Shown: positions 30,601-40,003, counted from the stretch's first letter. The stretch is 63,233 bases of DNA from Candidatus Hydrogenedentota bacterium (GCA_045863335.1 BTVY01000044.1:1-63233), one strand, 5' to 3'. The notes: generated from the letters alone by a model not told the origin. Translations and numbers: made by a program.

Positions 30601-30814
30601 CATGCTGCCACTGGTCTTGTGGCCGGGGCCGGGTTCGGAACTTTACCGTGGCCTGGGAAGTGTCGTCTTGGGCGGCTTGGCGTTGTCGACCATTTTCACG
30701 GTGTTTCTCATTCCCCCGCTGTTGATGTTTTTCATCGGATGGGAGAAGCGGCCGGAATCCGTGCAACAGGAGTTACCGCTGAAGCCGGAACCTGCAACCA
30801 GCGCGGCCAAGTGA
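27644..30814 (+). CDS. RND efflux permease (AcrB/AcrD/AcrF family)
   Basis: 1056 aa, multiple TM helices, GMLVDNAIVVLENI, GVVVNNAIL, RLRPI. Confidence 0.95.
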   Translation: MDIIRFSIRNPVTVLVGVILIALFGLISLQSIPIQLSPNVERPVITVSTVWPGSTPYEIERDVVEEQEKVLKGIPNLYEMESESSNGRSEVTLRFDIGTDIDNALLRVSNKLAEVPEYPENVDKPILNASGAQTSPVMWIVLKTREDNPRDPYSYRTYLENDVRQYLERVDGVADLFIGGGIESEMHVKVDPRKLAAHGLTIDAVVNALRNENANISAGNLEVGRRDYRVRTVAEYRSTEDIENVIVLSDGQRDVRVGDLATVEFGFQKLETPMISNGRKGISIGVRPEPNANVLELTDAIEVVINQLNEGKLKNENVYLDLVNEQRPYIRGAIDLLKQNIAIGGVLAVIVLLIFLRSITPTIVVSTSIPISIIGTFILMRAAGSTLNVVSLAGIAFAVGMLVDNAIVVLENIDRHRRMGKNPGDAAYDGAREVWGAVLASSLTTVAVFLPVVFLEDEAGQLFKDIAIAVSCAVTLSLIVSVTVIPMFSKKLYALNIGKGNEGATKAARRILRRIGAASSAAFMGTLGLIMRNVVTRLATIVILSLGAVIAAYYMTPKMEYLPQGNRDLIINVLIPPPGLSFEERQKIGEDLFAFFEPYYEPGYEGYPGIRNGFYVGRQQALILGIVSANQARTKELIPLCQRALADIPGVFAITNQASIFQTGLGEGRTITVDISGGSIEELVGVGGAMFGMIRESIPEVQVRPVPSLDLLFPEANFIPDRERLRTVGMNARQFGVGIDVLMDGRDIGDFKQEGEKKIDLIVKTAESEIQTPEELYSALMATPTGESVPVSSLATMEKTTGLTQIRHLERNRTVSLQVTPPYSITIQEAMEIIDTEIVPALREKGLLDNVDIGMSGTADRLTETRRALQMNFVLAAAIIYLLMSALFGNFVYPFVIMFTIPLASAGGLIGLKLVNTFVAPQQLDILTMLGFVILIGVVVNNAILIVYQSLNNVRVDGMDYKEAIMDATKTRLRPIYMSASTSVFGMLPLVLWPGPGSELYRGLGSVVLGGLALSTIFTVFLIPPLLMFFIGWEKRPESVQQELPLKPEPATSAAK

Positions 30815-30827
30815 CTCGCGATACGAT

Positions 30828-31643
30828 TCAGTTCTTCTCTGCGGCCGTAGCGTTGCGCGTCTTGAGAAACGCGATCAACTCTTCGGGATGATCCGTCTGG
30901 ATGCCGTCGCTGCCCCAGGCAATCGCGTCTTCCCAGCAGGAAGGGTCGCTTTCATCCACCATCACGATGGCGCCGGCGTCATGACAGGCCTTGACGAACG
31001 ACGGCGAGTAGAAACGCCATACGGAAGCGACGACACGAGGTTCGGCTTCCTTCAGCAGCGCCGCCAAGTTCTCTTCCGGGCCTGGGTCCGGCATCTCGAT
31101 GCATTCCGGACAGACTTCCTTTAGTTCGCGTAGCTCCTCCGGGCTCGCGTACCAGAGAACATCGTGCGCCATTCCCCGCGCCATGATGGCCTCCGCCAGC
31201 GGCTTCACGGGCGCGTCCTTCAGGTCGAGATAGATGCCGATCTTGCCTTTACACAAGTCGAGGATATCTTCGAACGTCGGGATCTTTTCTCCCGCCCACT
31301 CCGGACCGACGCGACTGCCGATATCCAGTGTGCGCAGCTCTTCAAGCGTCATCTCCGCGACCTTGCCCGTCTGGCCCGGCGCGTAGGCATCGATGGTGCT
31401 GTTGTGAACAGAAACGAACTTGCCATCCTTTGTCGTGCGCACGTCAATCTCGACGAAATCCGCGCCCAAATCGATGGCCCGCTGATATGCGGCCAGTGTG
31501 TTTTCCGGAATGCCCTGATGGGCGCCGCGGTGGGCGGCCACATACACGTCTCCGTTCTTGGGCGGCGGAAGGGGAAGCTCTCCGGCGGCGGACAATATAG
31601 CGGCAACGCAGAGAAAAAAGGCGATACTCACGACTTTTCGCAT
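30828..31643 (-). CDS. Glycerophosphodiester phosphodiesterase family protein
   Basis: AHRG, PENTLAA, EIDVRTTKDG, DGIQTDHP; signal peptide. Confidence 0.92.
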   Translation of the reverse strand: MRKVVSIAFFLCVAAILSAAGELPLPPPKNGDVYVAAHRGAHQGIPENTLAAYQRAIDLGADFVEIDVRTTKDGKFVSVHNSTIDAYAPGQTGKVAEMTLEELRTLDIGSRVGPEWAGEKIPTFEDILDLCKGKIGIYLDLKDAPVKPLAEAIMARGMAHDVLWYASPEELRELKEVCPECIEMPDPGPEENLAALLKEAEPRVVASVWRFYSPSFVKACHDAGAIVMVDESDPSCWEDAIAWGSDGIQTDHPEELIAFLKTRNATAAEKN

Positions 31644-31731
31644 GGTCTATTCCAATCTGCGATATGCGGTTTGTACGATGCCCCATATCATAGGGCGCCG
31701 TTCGCGAGCCGCCATTTCCGGGATCGGATGC

Positions 31732-33888
31732 TTAAGGTTGCTCGGTGATAAGCCCATGATAACGGCCCATCCAGTACGGCAACAGGTAGGCGGCTCCGTC
31801 ATCCTCATACAATCCCTCCCCCTCTCTGTCCGGCTCGTAGGGGTCCTTGTTCCACTTCTCGAACACCCGTTCGTCCACCGGGAGCACGCTATCCAGCACG
31901 GGCCGGCCGAACCGGTTAGGCCGGGCCGCGAAGTGGACGTCGTCCCGGATGCTGTTCTTCACTCCCCAAACCCGCCGGTCCGTCGGGATCCGTTTGAGCT
32001 GTTCGATGGCGGATTCCAAATCCGTTTCGTTGGGCGCGATGGTTGCATGGACGAACGCGTAGAAACTCGGCCGCTTCGGGGCCACCACGAAGTAGTGCCG
32101 GCGCTGGCCCAGATGGAGCGCTTCGGCGAGAACCGGGTCCTTCTCCAATTGGAGGATGGGATACCACGCCACATAACCCAGTTGATCGTCGGAATGGTTG
32201 TAGGAGTCGGGGAAGAGTTTCTTGGAGAGCAGCACGTTATCGAGATAGCGGTGCTCGTAGATGAGTTTGCGGTAGTGGGTGTCGTACTTCTCATCACCCG
32301 TCACATAGTGAGCAACCTTCAGAAACGATAGAATCTGCAAGGCATTCAGGCCGTGTTCCAGATAGTTGTCCCGCGTTTCGTTCAGCGCTTCCGGATTCCA
32401 GAAGCCCCAGCGCGTGCGTTCACCGTCCCAGTCGATCAACTGGTAATTGTTGTCCACGATGTAGTCGGTGACTTCCCGGACTTGTTCGACAATACGTGCT
32501 TTCTCTTCCGGATCGTGTTGGGCAATGTGCTCGTAGTACGTGTAAAAGGCGAGATAGTGCCCGTCGATTTCGTCGCTCGACGTGTCACTCTTCCAATACA
32601 TCGTGCCGTCCGGCGTGGGACGCCACTGGCGCTTGTCTTCGGGCTTATCCGTGTCTTTTTCCTTCCCAAGTTCGGGCGGCAGCACGCTACGCGCGACGAG
32701 GCCGGGGATGCCGGACGCATCCTGCAACATATACAGGGCGTGCATCCCGGTTCGTGCCGATTCCTTGGCTGCGGGATCACCGGTTGCGCCGAAGCAAAGG
32801 GACATGGCGGCAACGTGGTAGGCGGTCCACAGGCCGTCATTGTCGATGTCGCTGATGGTGTGGCTTGTCGGATTGATCGCGTCGTTGAGCGTACATTCCG
32901 CGACCAGACCCAGTCGACGGTGCCGTTCGTTAACGAGGCGCTCGATGGTCTGCGCGCGTTCCAGCAGCGTTGTCGTCACCGCATCGAGGCGCCCCAGACC
33001 CGCATTCGTCCACGTGAATACCGTCTTGCCGTCCGCCGAACAGACGACGTCGCTTACCTGGTCGCCAGGCAGATATCGTCCTCCCGCGCGGTAGAACCAT
33101 TGGCGTCCCGGCTCGTAAGGCCGGTAGTGGACAAGGCCATGTTCCGTGCCAATCCAGAGCCGATCGCTGCCGTCGACGGCGATCGCAGTGATTTCTTCAA
33201 TGGGCAATCCATCCTTGCCGCGCAGCGTGGTCCACGACCCGTCGTGACGGCGCAGGCTCAGGCCGCTCGCGGTGCCGGCCCACAGCGTGCCTTGTGAATC
33301 AAATGCGAGGCCGGTGATGTGCGTGGACGCTGGACCGTCAATTCCGTAGCGGGGGTGCCGCTCGGGTTTGGAGTCTCGCTCCGCCCGGTAAAGGCCAAGG
33401 GAATCGGCGAACCAGAGCGTATCGCCCTGAAACGCATAGGCGGTGATGTCCCGCTTCCTCAGGAGGGCGCGCAGCCGCTTCCAATCGGCGCGTGGTATTT
33501 GACCGAGTTCGTGTTGAAGTTGGGCTCGCGCCTCGATTGCGCTGGAGGGTGAGGGAGCCTCGCGGGTTGTCGACCAAGCGCCATCGATACCCTGCACGAA
33601 CTGTGCCGAAGGCGAGATCGCGTGCAGAGTGCCGTCCGCCTCCAGACCAAGTGCCAACACTCCATCGCCGGGACCGGCCGCGTGAAAATCGCGCACGTGT
33701 TCCTCGAAGGGCGGTACCACGATAGGCAGGTTGTGCGCACCGTCCTTTTCCGGGTTGCGGACAAGGTGTTCCGTGCTTTCAATTGGGGGGACGACGTTGG
33801 AGAGCGGGGGCGGCGGCGTCGCGCCATTAACGCCAAACACTCCGAGGACGACGGCGAAAACGGACACGGACAAATAGGGCTTCGTCAT
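31732..33888 (-). CDS. Secreted protein: two-component-regulator-type propeller repeats + (alpha/alpha) barrel-like domain
   Basis: LWAGTASGL, LWIGTEHGL propeller repeats; DNDGLWT, DTSSDE, NHSDD, YLLPYW in the C-terminal domain. Confidence 0.75.
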   Translation of the reverse strand: MTKPYLSVSVFAVVLGVFGVNGATPPPPLSNVVPPIESTEHLVRNPEKDGAHNLPIVVPPFEEHVRDFHAAGPGDGVLALGLEADGTLHAISPSAQFVQGIDGAWSTTREAPSPSSAIEARAQLQHELGQIPRADWKRLRALLRKRDITAYAFQGDTLWFADSLGLYRAERDSKPERHPRYGIDGPASTHITGLAFDSQGTLWAGTASGLSLRRHDGSWTTLRGKDGLPIEEITAIAVDGSDRLWIGTEHGLVHYRPYEPGRQWFYRAGGRYLPGDQVSDVVCSADGKTVFTWTNAGLGRLDAVTTTLLERAQTIERLVNERHRRLGLVAECTLNDAINPTSHTISDIDNDGLWTAYHVAAMSLCFGATGDPAAKESARTGMHALYMLQDASGIPGLVARSVLPPELGKEKDTDKPEDKRQWRPTPDGTMYWKSDTSSDEIDGHYLAFYTYYEHIAQHDPEEKARIVEQVREVTDYIVDNNYQLIDWDGERTRWGFWNPEALNETRDNYLEHGLNALQILSFLKVAHYVTGDEKYDTHYRKLIYEHRYLDNVLLSKKLFPDSYNHSDDQLGYVAWYPILQLEKDPVLAEALHLGQRRHYFVVAPKRPSFYAFVHATIAPNETDLESAIEQLKRIPTDRRVWGVKNSIRDDVHFAARPNRFGRPVLDSVLPVDERVFEKWNKDPYEPDREGEGLYEDDGAAYLLPYWMGRYHGLITEQP

Positions 33889-33971
33889 GGAGTCCTCCAG
33901 ATGGTAGCCATTCAAGACACCCCCTTCATCTCCCGCAATGCTCCATCTGGAGCGAACGCGGAAACGTCGAA

Positions 33972-34874
33972 TTAGGGGGTCTCCGCCGGCGCCTCAGGAA
34001 GCACTTCCGATGCCGGCGCTTCGGAGGGATGTTCCATCGCTTCCTCCGTCGAGTCGGAAGATGGCGCGTCCAATTTCAGTTCGAGGGCGGGCGCGTTCTC
34101 TGCCGGGGGAGCGGTTTCCAACGCGGGCTGACTATCGAGGGCCGGGATGTCGACCTCCACCATTTCCGAGGGTTCCACTTCGGCCGGAGTGAACAGTTCG
34201 GGATTCGACTTACCCAGACGATCCAACGCGGCCTGGGCTTCACGCGCGACGTTGGACTCGGGAAAGACGGTCGTCTGCTCCCGGTAGGATTGGATGGCCG
34301 CCTCGAGATCTCCCAGTTTCTCCTGCACGCGGGCCACATTGAGGGGTTGGCGTCGTGCGGTGAAGCTCGTGGGCCACAACTGTTCGATTTCCTTGTACGC
34401 GTTCAACGCAGCGTCGAAATCACTATTATCTTCCGCTATGTATCCCAACCCCTCCGCCGCGTCCGGTACATACGGCGACTCTGGGTATTCGGTCTTTACG
34501 CGCTCAAAAAGCGCTTTCGCTTTTTCCGAGTCCTGCGCCCAGTAGGCGGTTTCGGCAGTGACGTAGGCCAGTTCCGCCATAACATCCTCTGGGCCATTCG
34601 ACTCGAGGAGCGGTTCGAGCGCGGCAAGGCGTTCGGCCGGGTCCTGCTCTCGCAGGGCTTGCGCGTAGGAGGTGTACAAGTCGCGCTCAACCGAGTTCCT
34701 ATGGGCGCGGTACAGCAAACCCGCTACGAGGCATAGGGCAATGAAGGCCGCGGCGCCAATGTAAAGCGCAGGATTCTCTTTGAACTGCTCCACCAGTGCC
34801 GACAAATCGCCCTGGGACTTGGGTTGGTCGTCAAACAGGGACTTGCCCTTCTTCTGGGTCTTCACCGCTGCCAT
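33972..34874 (-). CDS. Membrane-anchored TPR protein (YfgM/CpoB-like)
   Basis: One TM helix, TPRs ending YPES/WPTS/FPES, Pro/Glu-rich tail. Confidence 0.8.
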   Translation of the reverse strand: MAAVKTQKKGKSLFDDQPKSQGDLSALVEQFKENPALYIGAAAFIALCLVAGLLYRAHRNSVERDLYTSYAQALREQDPAERLAALEPLLESNGPEDVMAELAYVTAETAYWAQDSEKAKALFERVKTEYPESPYVPDAAEGLGYIAEDNSDFDAALNAYKEIEQLWPTSFTARRQPLNVARVQEKLGDLEAAIQSYREQTTVFPESNVAREAQAALDRLGKSNPELFTPAEVEPSEMVEVDIPALDSQPALETAPPAENAPALELKLDAPSSDSTEEAMEHPSEAPASEVLPEAPAETP

Positions 34875-35010
34875 GAAATGCACACACTCCAGATGGTTCA
34901 ACTCATTAACACTTGAGATTACCCGGTCCACAAGGGTCTGGGAATAGCGAATATTGCCAGAAAAGTACGGTGCGTGGCAAGCTTCCAACACAGGCCGGTT
35001 GGTGGCGGAA

Positions 35011-35520
35011 CTACAGCATCCGCCCCCATTCGACGATTTGCCACGTATTCCCAATCTTCTCCAGATAGACGTTCATCTGGCCTTGGAGGATGATGGGCGG
35101 GTTTTCATTGGTGTTGAAGGGTTCGGCCCGGGTTCCGAAGGTCTCTACTGCGCGCGCCTGATTCCCTTCGACGTAGACCTGCGGCTGGACCCGAGTGATC
35201 GTGATCTCTTTGTAGTCTCTGAACAAGTCGTTCAGATATCGTTGCATCGCGTTGTAATCCCGCCCTTCCGCATCGGCATAGGAGCGGGACACGTGGGCAA
35301 GCACCTTGTAGATCTTCCGCGATTGCATCCCCCGATGGACGTCGTTAAGCACTTCGACGACTTGCTCCTCGTCGCTCATCCGGGGACCGGTCAAGCCGGG
35401 TATCTCCGGGATCTCGACCGGAAGCTCCCGTCCACACCCCGCGCCCCCGAGGCCCGTCAACGCGAGTACTGCAAGTGCGACGCCCGCCAACCAGGGGGCG
35501 CGCTTTCGCCCAGCGGTCAT
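35011..35520 (-). CDS. Lipoprotein, NTF2-like
   Basis: Lipobox GAGC; C-terminal LEKIGNTWQI. Confidence 0.7.
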   Translation of the reverse strand: MTAGRKRAPWLAGVALAVLALTGLGGAGCGRELPVEIPEIPGLTGPRMSDEEQVVEVLNDVHRGMQSRKIYKVLAHVSRSYADAEGRDYNAMQRYLNDLFRDYKEITITRVQPQVYVEGNQARAVETFGTRAEPFNTNENPPIILQGQMNVYLEKIGNTWQIVEWGRML

Positions 35521-36044
35521 AGACTACCTTCTGGCGTAACCGTCAAAATGAGTTGACGTCCCTTCGTGATCCCCAAATCCCGCACCGTGACTTTCAGGCG
35601 TTTGTTCGCTTTGAGAAAGAGCAGATCGGCCCCATCCGCCTGGATAACGTTCTGCAGCTTCCAGTCCGCCGTCGGGCATTCCCGAATGTAGAATTGTGCC
35701 AGTTCGCTTACGGAAGCTTTAGTCGTGTATACCATGCGGCCAATCTGAATGCTCGCGTCTTCGTATACGAATGTCTTCTCGAAATCTTCCGTCACCCCCT
35801 GGGGCAGCGGGACATCCGCAAACCGTTGCGACGCCGACAAGGGAAGCCCCGGCTCTGGCGGCGGTACGTCGGACGCTGTCGGCGGGGCGGTGGCGCTGTC
35901 TTCCATCAATTCCGCGGGCGGCGGGGTGGAAGATTTCGCGAAGGGATTGCTCGTCTGACATCCGCAAACGAGCATCGTGGAAGCGAGGGACAAGCCCACG
36001 GCAAGAAGTTTGCCCCGAATCGGAAAACCAGCGCGTCGCTGCAT
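35517..36044 (-). CDS. Hypothetical lipoprotein
   Basis: Lipobox VCGC, Pro-rich linker, RFADVPLP; ATGA-coupled to the next gene. Confidence 0.7.
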   Translation of the reverse strand: MQRRAGFPIRGKLLAVGLSLASTMLVCGCQTSNPFAKSSTPPPAELMEDSATAPPTASDVPPPEPGLPLSASQRFADVPLPQGVTEDFEKTFVYEDASIQIGRMVYTTKASVSELAQFYIRECPTADWKLQNVIQADGADLLFLKANKRLKVTVRDLGITKGRQLILTVTPEGSL

Positions 36045-36214
36045 TTGGAGTCCCCTTTCAAAACCCGACCCCCGAAAGTTGGGACGCGGGGTGCTTTGCA
36101 TCATACTTTATCTGCAATTCTCTGGAAAAGTTCCTGAGGGCAGCGTCAACAATAGCGTGCCCTCCGCCCGCAATCAAGACAGGCCCCTCCCCAACGCGAC
36201 GGCAACTGTGGAAC

Positions 36215-37090
36215 TCAGGCCGGCACGGCGGCGATGTGCTCGACGTTCGCGTCAACCTCTTTCGGGTCGAGCACGCCAATAGTCATTGCGTCGACACACC
36301 CAAGGCCCAGTACGAACTTCAGCGATTCCGGGATGCGGTCCGCGGTCTCGCCCTCGCCGGCGATCTTCATGCCCAGAATGCCCTTGCCATTGTCGTGAGC
36401 CGTCTGCAACACGGCCGCCACTTCTTCCGGCGTGCCGTCCATCTTCACGCCAAAGGGGTTGATTCGCGCGAGCATCACGTCCACCCACTCCGACTCCGCC
36501 GCGACCTTCATCGCATCCAGATTGTGGCAGGAAACGCCGTGGGCGCGGATGTAGCCCTTCGCCTTGGCTTCCGCCATTTCGTCCATGCAGGCCTTCATCG
36601 TTTCCGTCCACCCGCCGTCCGTCATGCAATGGAGGAGGCAGATGTCCATATACGGGGTATCAAGTTCCTGGCGGAAACGCTCCAGGTCTGCCCGGATGAG
36701 GCTGGGCTCCCGGGCGACCGTCTTGGTCAGCAGCATGACCTCTTCCCGCTGCACGGTGTTCTTCATCGCCTCTTTCATGTAGTCATGCGCGCCGTACATA
36801 TCGGCGAGATCAAAATAGCGAACTCCCGAGGCATACGCGTGTTCAATCAGCGATACAAACGCCTCGCGGCCTTGTCGGTTCTGCGCCGAACTCCCGTTCC
36901 ACGCCTTCGTGCCCGTGCCCATGCCTAGCAAGGAACACTGGATGCCGGTCTTGCCTAGCGTTCGCTTGCCGGTGGCCGTAAACGGACCCGCCGCCCGTGC
37001 GGGCATGGACGTAAGCCCCGCCATCGCAAGGCCCGTCGCCACACAGCCCGCGGACCGCTTCATAAAGTCACGCCGATTTATCCATCGCAT
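36215..37090 (-). CDS. Tat-exported aldo/keto reductase
   Basis: NRRDFMK; LGKTG, DLADMYG, LLHC, GVSCH. Confidence 0.9.
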   Translation of the reverse strand: MRWINRRDFMKRSAGCVATGLAMAGLTSMPARAAGPFTATGKRTLGKTGIQCSLLGMGTGTKAWNGSSAQNRQGREAFVSLIEHAYASGVRYFDLADMYGAHDYMKEAMKNTVQREEVMLLTKTVAREPSLIRADLERFRQELDTPYMDICLLHCMTDGGWTETMKACMDEMAEAKAKGYIRAHGVSCHNLDAMKVAAESEWVDVMLARINPFGVKMDGTPEEVAAVLQTAHDNGKGILGMKIAGEGETADRIPESLKFVLGLGCVDAMTIGVLDPKEVDANVEHIAAVPA

Positions 37091-37185
37091 AACCAAGACC
37101 TCCGATTTTTCGCCGGAGTCATTGTACACCACGGCCGCGCGAAGGCAAAGGACCGGCAAATTCAGCCCGCGTAACCAAAGTTCTA

Positions 37186-37299
37186 TGGAGTGCGAGGGCT
37201 TGCCCTCGCCGATTATAAAGTGTCACTGGTCCGCAACGCAGAAGGATTGGCAATGGCGTGCGATCGAACCAAATAGCGAGGGCAAGCCCTCGCACTCCA
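37186..37299. repeat. REPIN-like element (24-bp perfect inverted repeats)
   Basis: TGGAGTGCGAGGGCTTGCCCTCGC (37186-37209) and its exact reverse complement (37276-37299); each arm contains an internal hairpin. Confidence 0.8.
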
Positions 37300-37343
37300 A
37301 AGGCGCCAAACCGGCCTCGTGAATGCCATAAATAACACACCCA

Positions 37344-37373
37344 TTGACAGAATGTGTGATGCCGTGGTAGTGT
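37344..37373 (+). promoter_or_regulatory. Candidate sigma70 promoter for the peptidase/peptide locus
   Basis: TTGACA (37344), 18-nt spacer with TG extension, TAGTGT. Confidence 0.45.
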
Positions 37374-37518
37374 TCCCCTGTCACTTGAATCGGGAGTCCG
37401 CATGCAGTAGGGTTGTAAGTCAAATGACCAAACTGGGAAAAAGGGGAAATCGAAATGAGAATAATGGCGTTCAAGGGGGGGGCATGGCAATTATCTAGTC
37501 CGGTGCGCCCTCGCTGGA

Positions 37519-39228
37519 ATGGGCGTGCTCACGCTCCTGTCGCCGGTTTCGGCTGGTGAATTGGAGCCCGCAGACGCGATGATCGCGTCATCACTTATCG
37601 AAAGCATGGGCGGGCTCCCCGCGGACGAGTCGCCACGGGTATCGGTGGACGAGCGAGGCGTGGTAACCCACGTGGCCGCTCCGCGAGGCCGGTCCATGGC
37701 CGTCGCGGGCGTGTCGCCGGAGGACGGAAAAGAGCAGCGGGCCCTGGCCTTCGTCGAAACCCACGCCCAAGCGCTGGGCATCGCCAGCGGCCGCGTTGGA
37801 CTCAAGGTCCACGCCATCTCCACTACGCCGGAACGGTCCTATGTCCGCGTCCGGCAGCAGTATGACGGAATCCCCGTCCACGGCGCGGAGATCGTCATGC
37901 AACTCCAGCCCGAAGGAACCGTCAAATCCTTCCTGTCCGACATCATGACCGATACCGCCGCGTTCGACAGCGACCCGTCCGCCACGGTGCCCGGTCTGGA
38001 CCGGCCCGCCGCGTCCGAATTTGCACGTGCTGCGGCAAACCGGCTCCTGGAAAAGGCCCGGGAAGACTACGAAGCCGACATCGCCGACGCCCTCGAATCC
38101 GGCGAGATCGACGCCGAAACCGCGCAAGAACACCTCGCCCGCGCCAACGCGTCGGTGGTCGAGTTCTCCGACGAGGGGCAAGTTCTCATTTACGCGCCCC
38201 ACGTGATCGGCGCCCCCGGAGAAAACGCGTTGGTATGGGCCTTCAAAGTCCGCGACACGGAAGGGATTATGAGCCCAGTCCAGGTGTTCGTAGCCGCCGA
38301 TACTGGCGAACTTACTCACGTCAACCCGCTGGCCGCGCATGCCATCAACCGGCGCTTGTACGACAACAAGTTGGACGGCGATCCGGGCATACCTTACGCA
38401 ACGCTGCGCCGCACGGAAGCCAGCGGTCCTGTGACCATTTTTCAGACAATCCATTTCGTCGATTTCAATGCCCATTGGGACATCCTGGGATATACATACG
38501 ACTACTTCAATGACAATCACGCCTGGGATGCCATGGATGGTGTCGGAGGTACGATTTACTCGTACATGCGATGGCAACTCGAACCTAATGCGTTCTATTC
38601 GTTCGACGATGATCTTATGAAGTTCGGGACCAACGGGTTCGCAGTTTCGGATGATTTGGTTGGTCACGAATTTACTCATGGTGTTCTTTGGCATATCGCG
38701 GAACTCAGCTACGTATTGGAATCTGGGACTCTGCACGAAACCCTTGCCGATATGTGGGGTGAATTCGTGGATTGGTCGTGCCCTGTATTGGGGAATGACC
38801 AAGCTGCCAAGAAGTGGAAGGTGGGTGAGACGACCGCCACGGGTGTCTTCCGGAATATGAAGAATCCGCCAGCCAAGGATCATCCTGACAGATATCAGGG
38901 GACATATTGGTATTTCTTCCCGTCTGGACCGTTAACCGACGAGGAGTGGTGGGAAGCCAATGACATCTTTGTGCACACGAATAGCGGCGTAGGCAACAAG
39001 CTCGCCTACTTGCTAACCGATGGCGATACTTTCAACGGAGAAACGATCAACGGTATGGGTGAAACAGTAGTTCGAAACCTCTACTGGGAAGCCGTTCAGT
39101 TGATGCCGACTAATCTTGGGTACCACGACTTTTTCCAATTGCTTCTGGATGCGGCAGACAATCTCGGCATGACCACAGCTCAAATCAACAATATCCAGAG
39201 CGCAGGTGCGGCAGTTGCAATTGACTAG
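37519..39228 (+). CDS. M4 (thermolysin-family) zinc metallopeptidase with FTP/PepSY-type propeptide
   Basis: VRVRQQYDGIPVHGA (FTP), VFVAADTG (PepSY), NAFY, HEFTH, ESGTLHE..AD, VHTNSG..NK; the true start is probably 37455, across a G8 frameshift. Confidence 0.92.
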   Translation: MGVLTLLSPVSAGELEPADAMIASSLIESMGGLPADESPRVSVDERGVVTHVAAPRGRSMAVAGVSPEDGKEQRALAFVETHAQALGIASGRVGLKVHAISTTPERSYVRVRQQYDGIPVHGAEIVMQLQPEGTVKSFLSDIMTDTAAFDSDPSATVPGLDRPAASEFARAAANRLLEKAREDYEADIADALESGEIDAETAQEHLARANASVVEFSDEGQVLIYAPHVIGAPGENALVWAFKVRDTEGIMSPVQVFVAADTGELTHVNPLAAHAINRRLYDNKLDGDPGIPYATLRRTEASGPVTIFQTIHFVDFNAHWDILGYTYDYFNDNHAWDAMDGVGGTIYSYMRWQLEPNAFYSFDDDLMKFGTNGFAVSDDLVGHEFTHGVLWHIAELSYVLESGTLHETLADMWGEFVDWSCPVLGNDQAAKKWKVGETTATGVFRNMKNPPAKDHPDRYQGTYWYFFPSGPLTDEEWWEANDIFVHTNSGVGNKLAYLLTDGDTFNGETINGMGETVVRNLYWEAVQLMPTNLGYHDFFQLLLDAADNLGMTTAQINNIQSAGAAVAID

Positions 39229-39307
39229 GTAAACGTTGTTGCCACTAGACTAGACTTCTTAAACATGCAAGCCGGATTGTAGATTGGCTTCGCAAGGGAG
39301 TGAATCC

Positions 39308-39493
39308 ATGAACAGAATCAGTGCTGTAACTCGTGAACCAGTAGCATCACACCCCATCTTGGCTGCATCGGCGCTGCCACGATCGGACTGGGGCCGCTAC
39401 AAGGATTGCGTAAACGCGCAGAGTACGCTGAGCGGCAAGAAGGGATGCCTGAACGAATACCTCGACGATTTGGCCGAGGACAAGAATCCGTAG
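39308..39493 (+). CDS. Array peptide 1 (61 aa, leader + C-x12-C core)
   Basis: MNRISAVTREPVASHPILAASALPRSDWGRYKDCVNAQSTLSGKKGCLNEYLDDLAEDKNP; GGGAG RBS. Confidence 0.85.
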   Translation: MNRISAVTREPVASHPILAASALPRSDWGRYKDCVNAQSTLSGKKGCLNEYLDDLAEDKNP

Positions 39494-39580
39494 TGGGCCA
39501 TTCCGCCAAAACGGTTGACTTGGATTTGTATTGTTGAGGTAAATCGCTTTCCGGGCAGTTTGGGACCAAAGGGGAGAAAT

Positions 39581-39754
39581 ATGCCTAAGATTCACGCGAT
39601 GACCCGAGAGCCACGTTTGAGATGCTCCGCGCCGGCGAGCGCCTTGCTTCCACAGTCAGACCATGAGCGCTTCAAACTGTGTCTCACGGAGCAAACGTCG
39701 CTGGCCGGAAAGAAGGAATGCTTCGATGAATACCAGATGACGAAGGAGGAATAG
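39581..39754 (+). CDS. Array peptide 2 (57 aa)
   Basis: MPKIHAMTREPRLRCSAPASALLPQSDHERFKLCLTEQTSLAGKKECFDEYQMTKEE; GGGGAG RBS. Confidence 0.85.
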   Translation: MPKIHAMTREPRLRCSAPASALLPQSDHERFKLCLTEQTSLAGKKECFDEYQMTKEE

Positions 39755-39820
39755 AGCGCGCTACTTTCTTCGCTTTGAGGACGAGGATGGCAATCACGGT
39801 CGAAAGTGGGAGTATCAGAA

Positions 39821-40003
39821 ATGCGGAGATTCAATCGAGTGAATCATTTCTCGTTAGTGACCCTTCCGAGGCCCGCTGAAGTGATCTGGCTAGGGAATGC
39901 CGTCACCCATTTCAAGGAATGTCACTCGCATCAAACCACGGTCAGCGGGAAGAAGGAATGCTACGAGACCTATCAGTCAGAGAAATCCGAGAAACAACAA
40001 TAG
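39821..40003 (+). CDS. Array peptide 3 (60 aa)
   Basis: MRRFNRVNHFSLVTLPRPAEVIWLGNAVTHFKECHSHQTTVSGKKECYETYQSEKSEKQQ; GGGAG RBS. Confidence 0.85.
   Translation: MRRFNRVNHFSLVTLPRPAEVIWLGNAVTHFKECHSHQTTVSGKKECYETYQSEKSEKQQ

Noticed and set aside
26569-30814. RND pump as exporter of the array peptides
   Set aside because: More than 6 kb from the locus with unrelated genes between; an ordinary AcrAB-like pair with no evidence of linkage.
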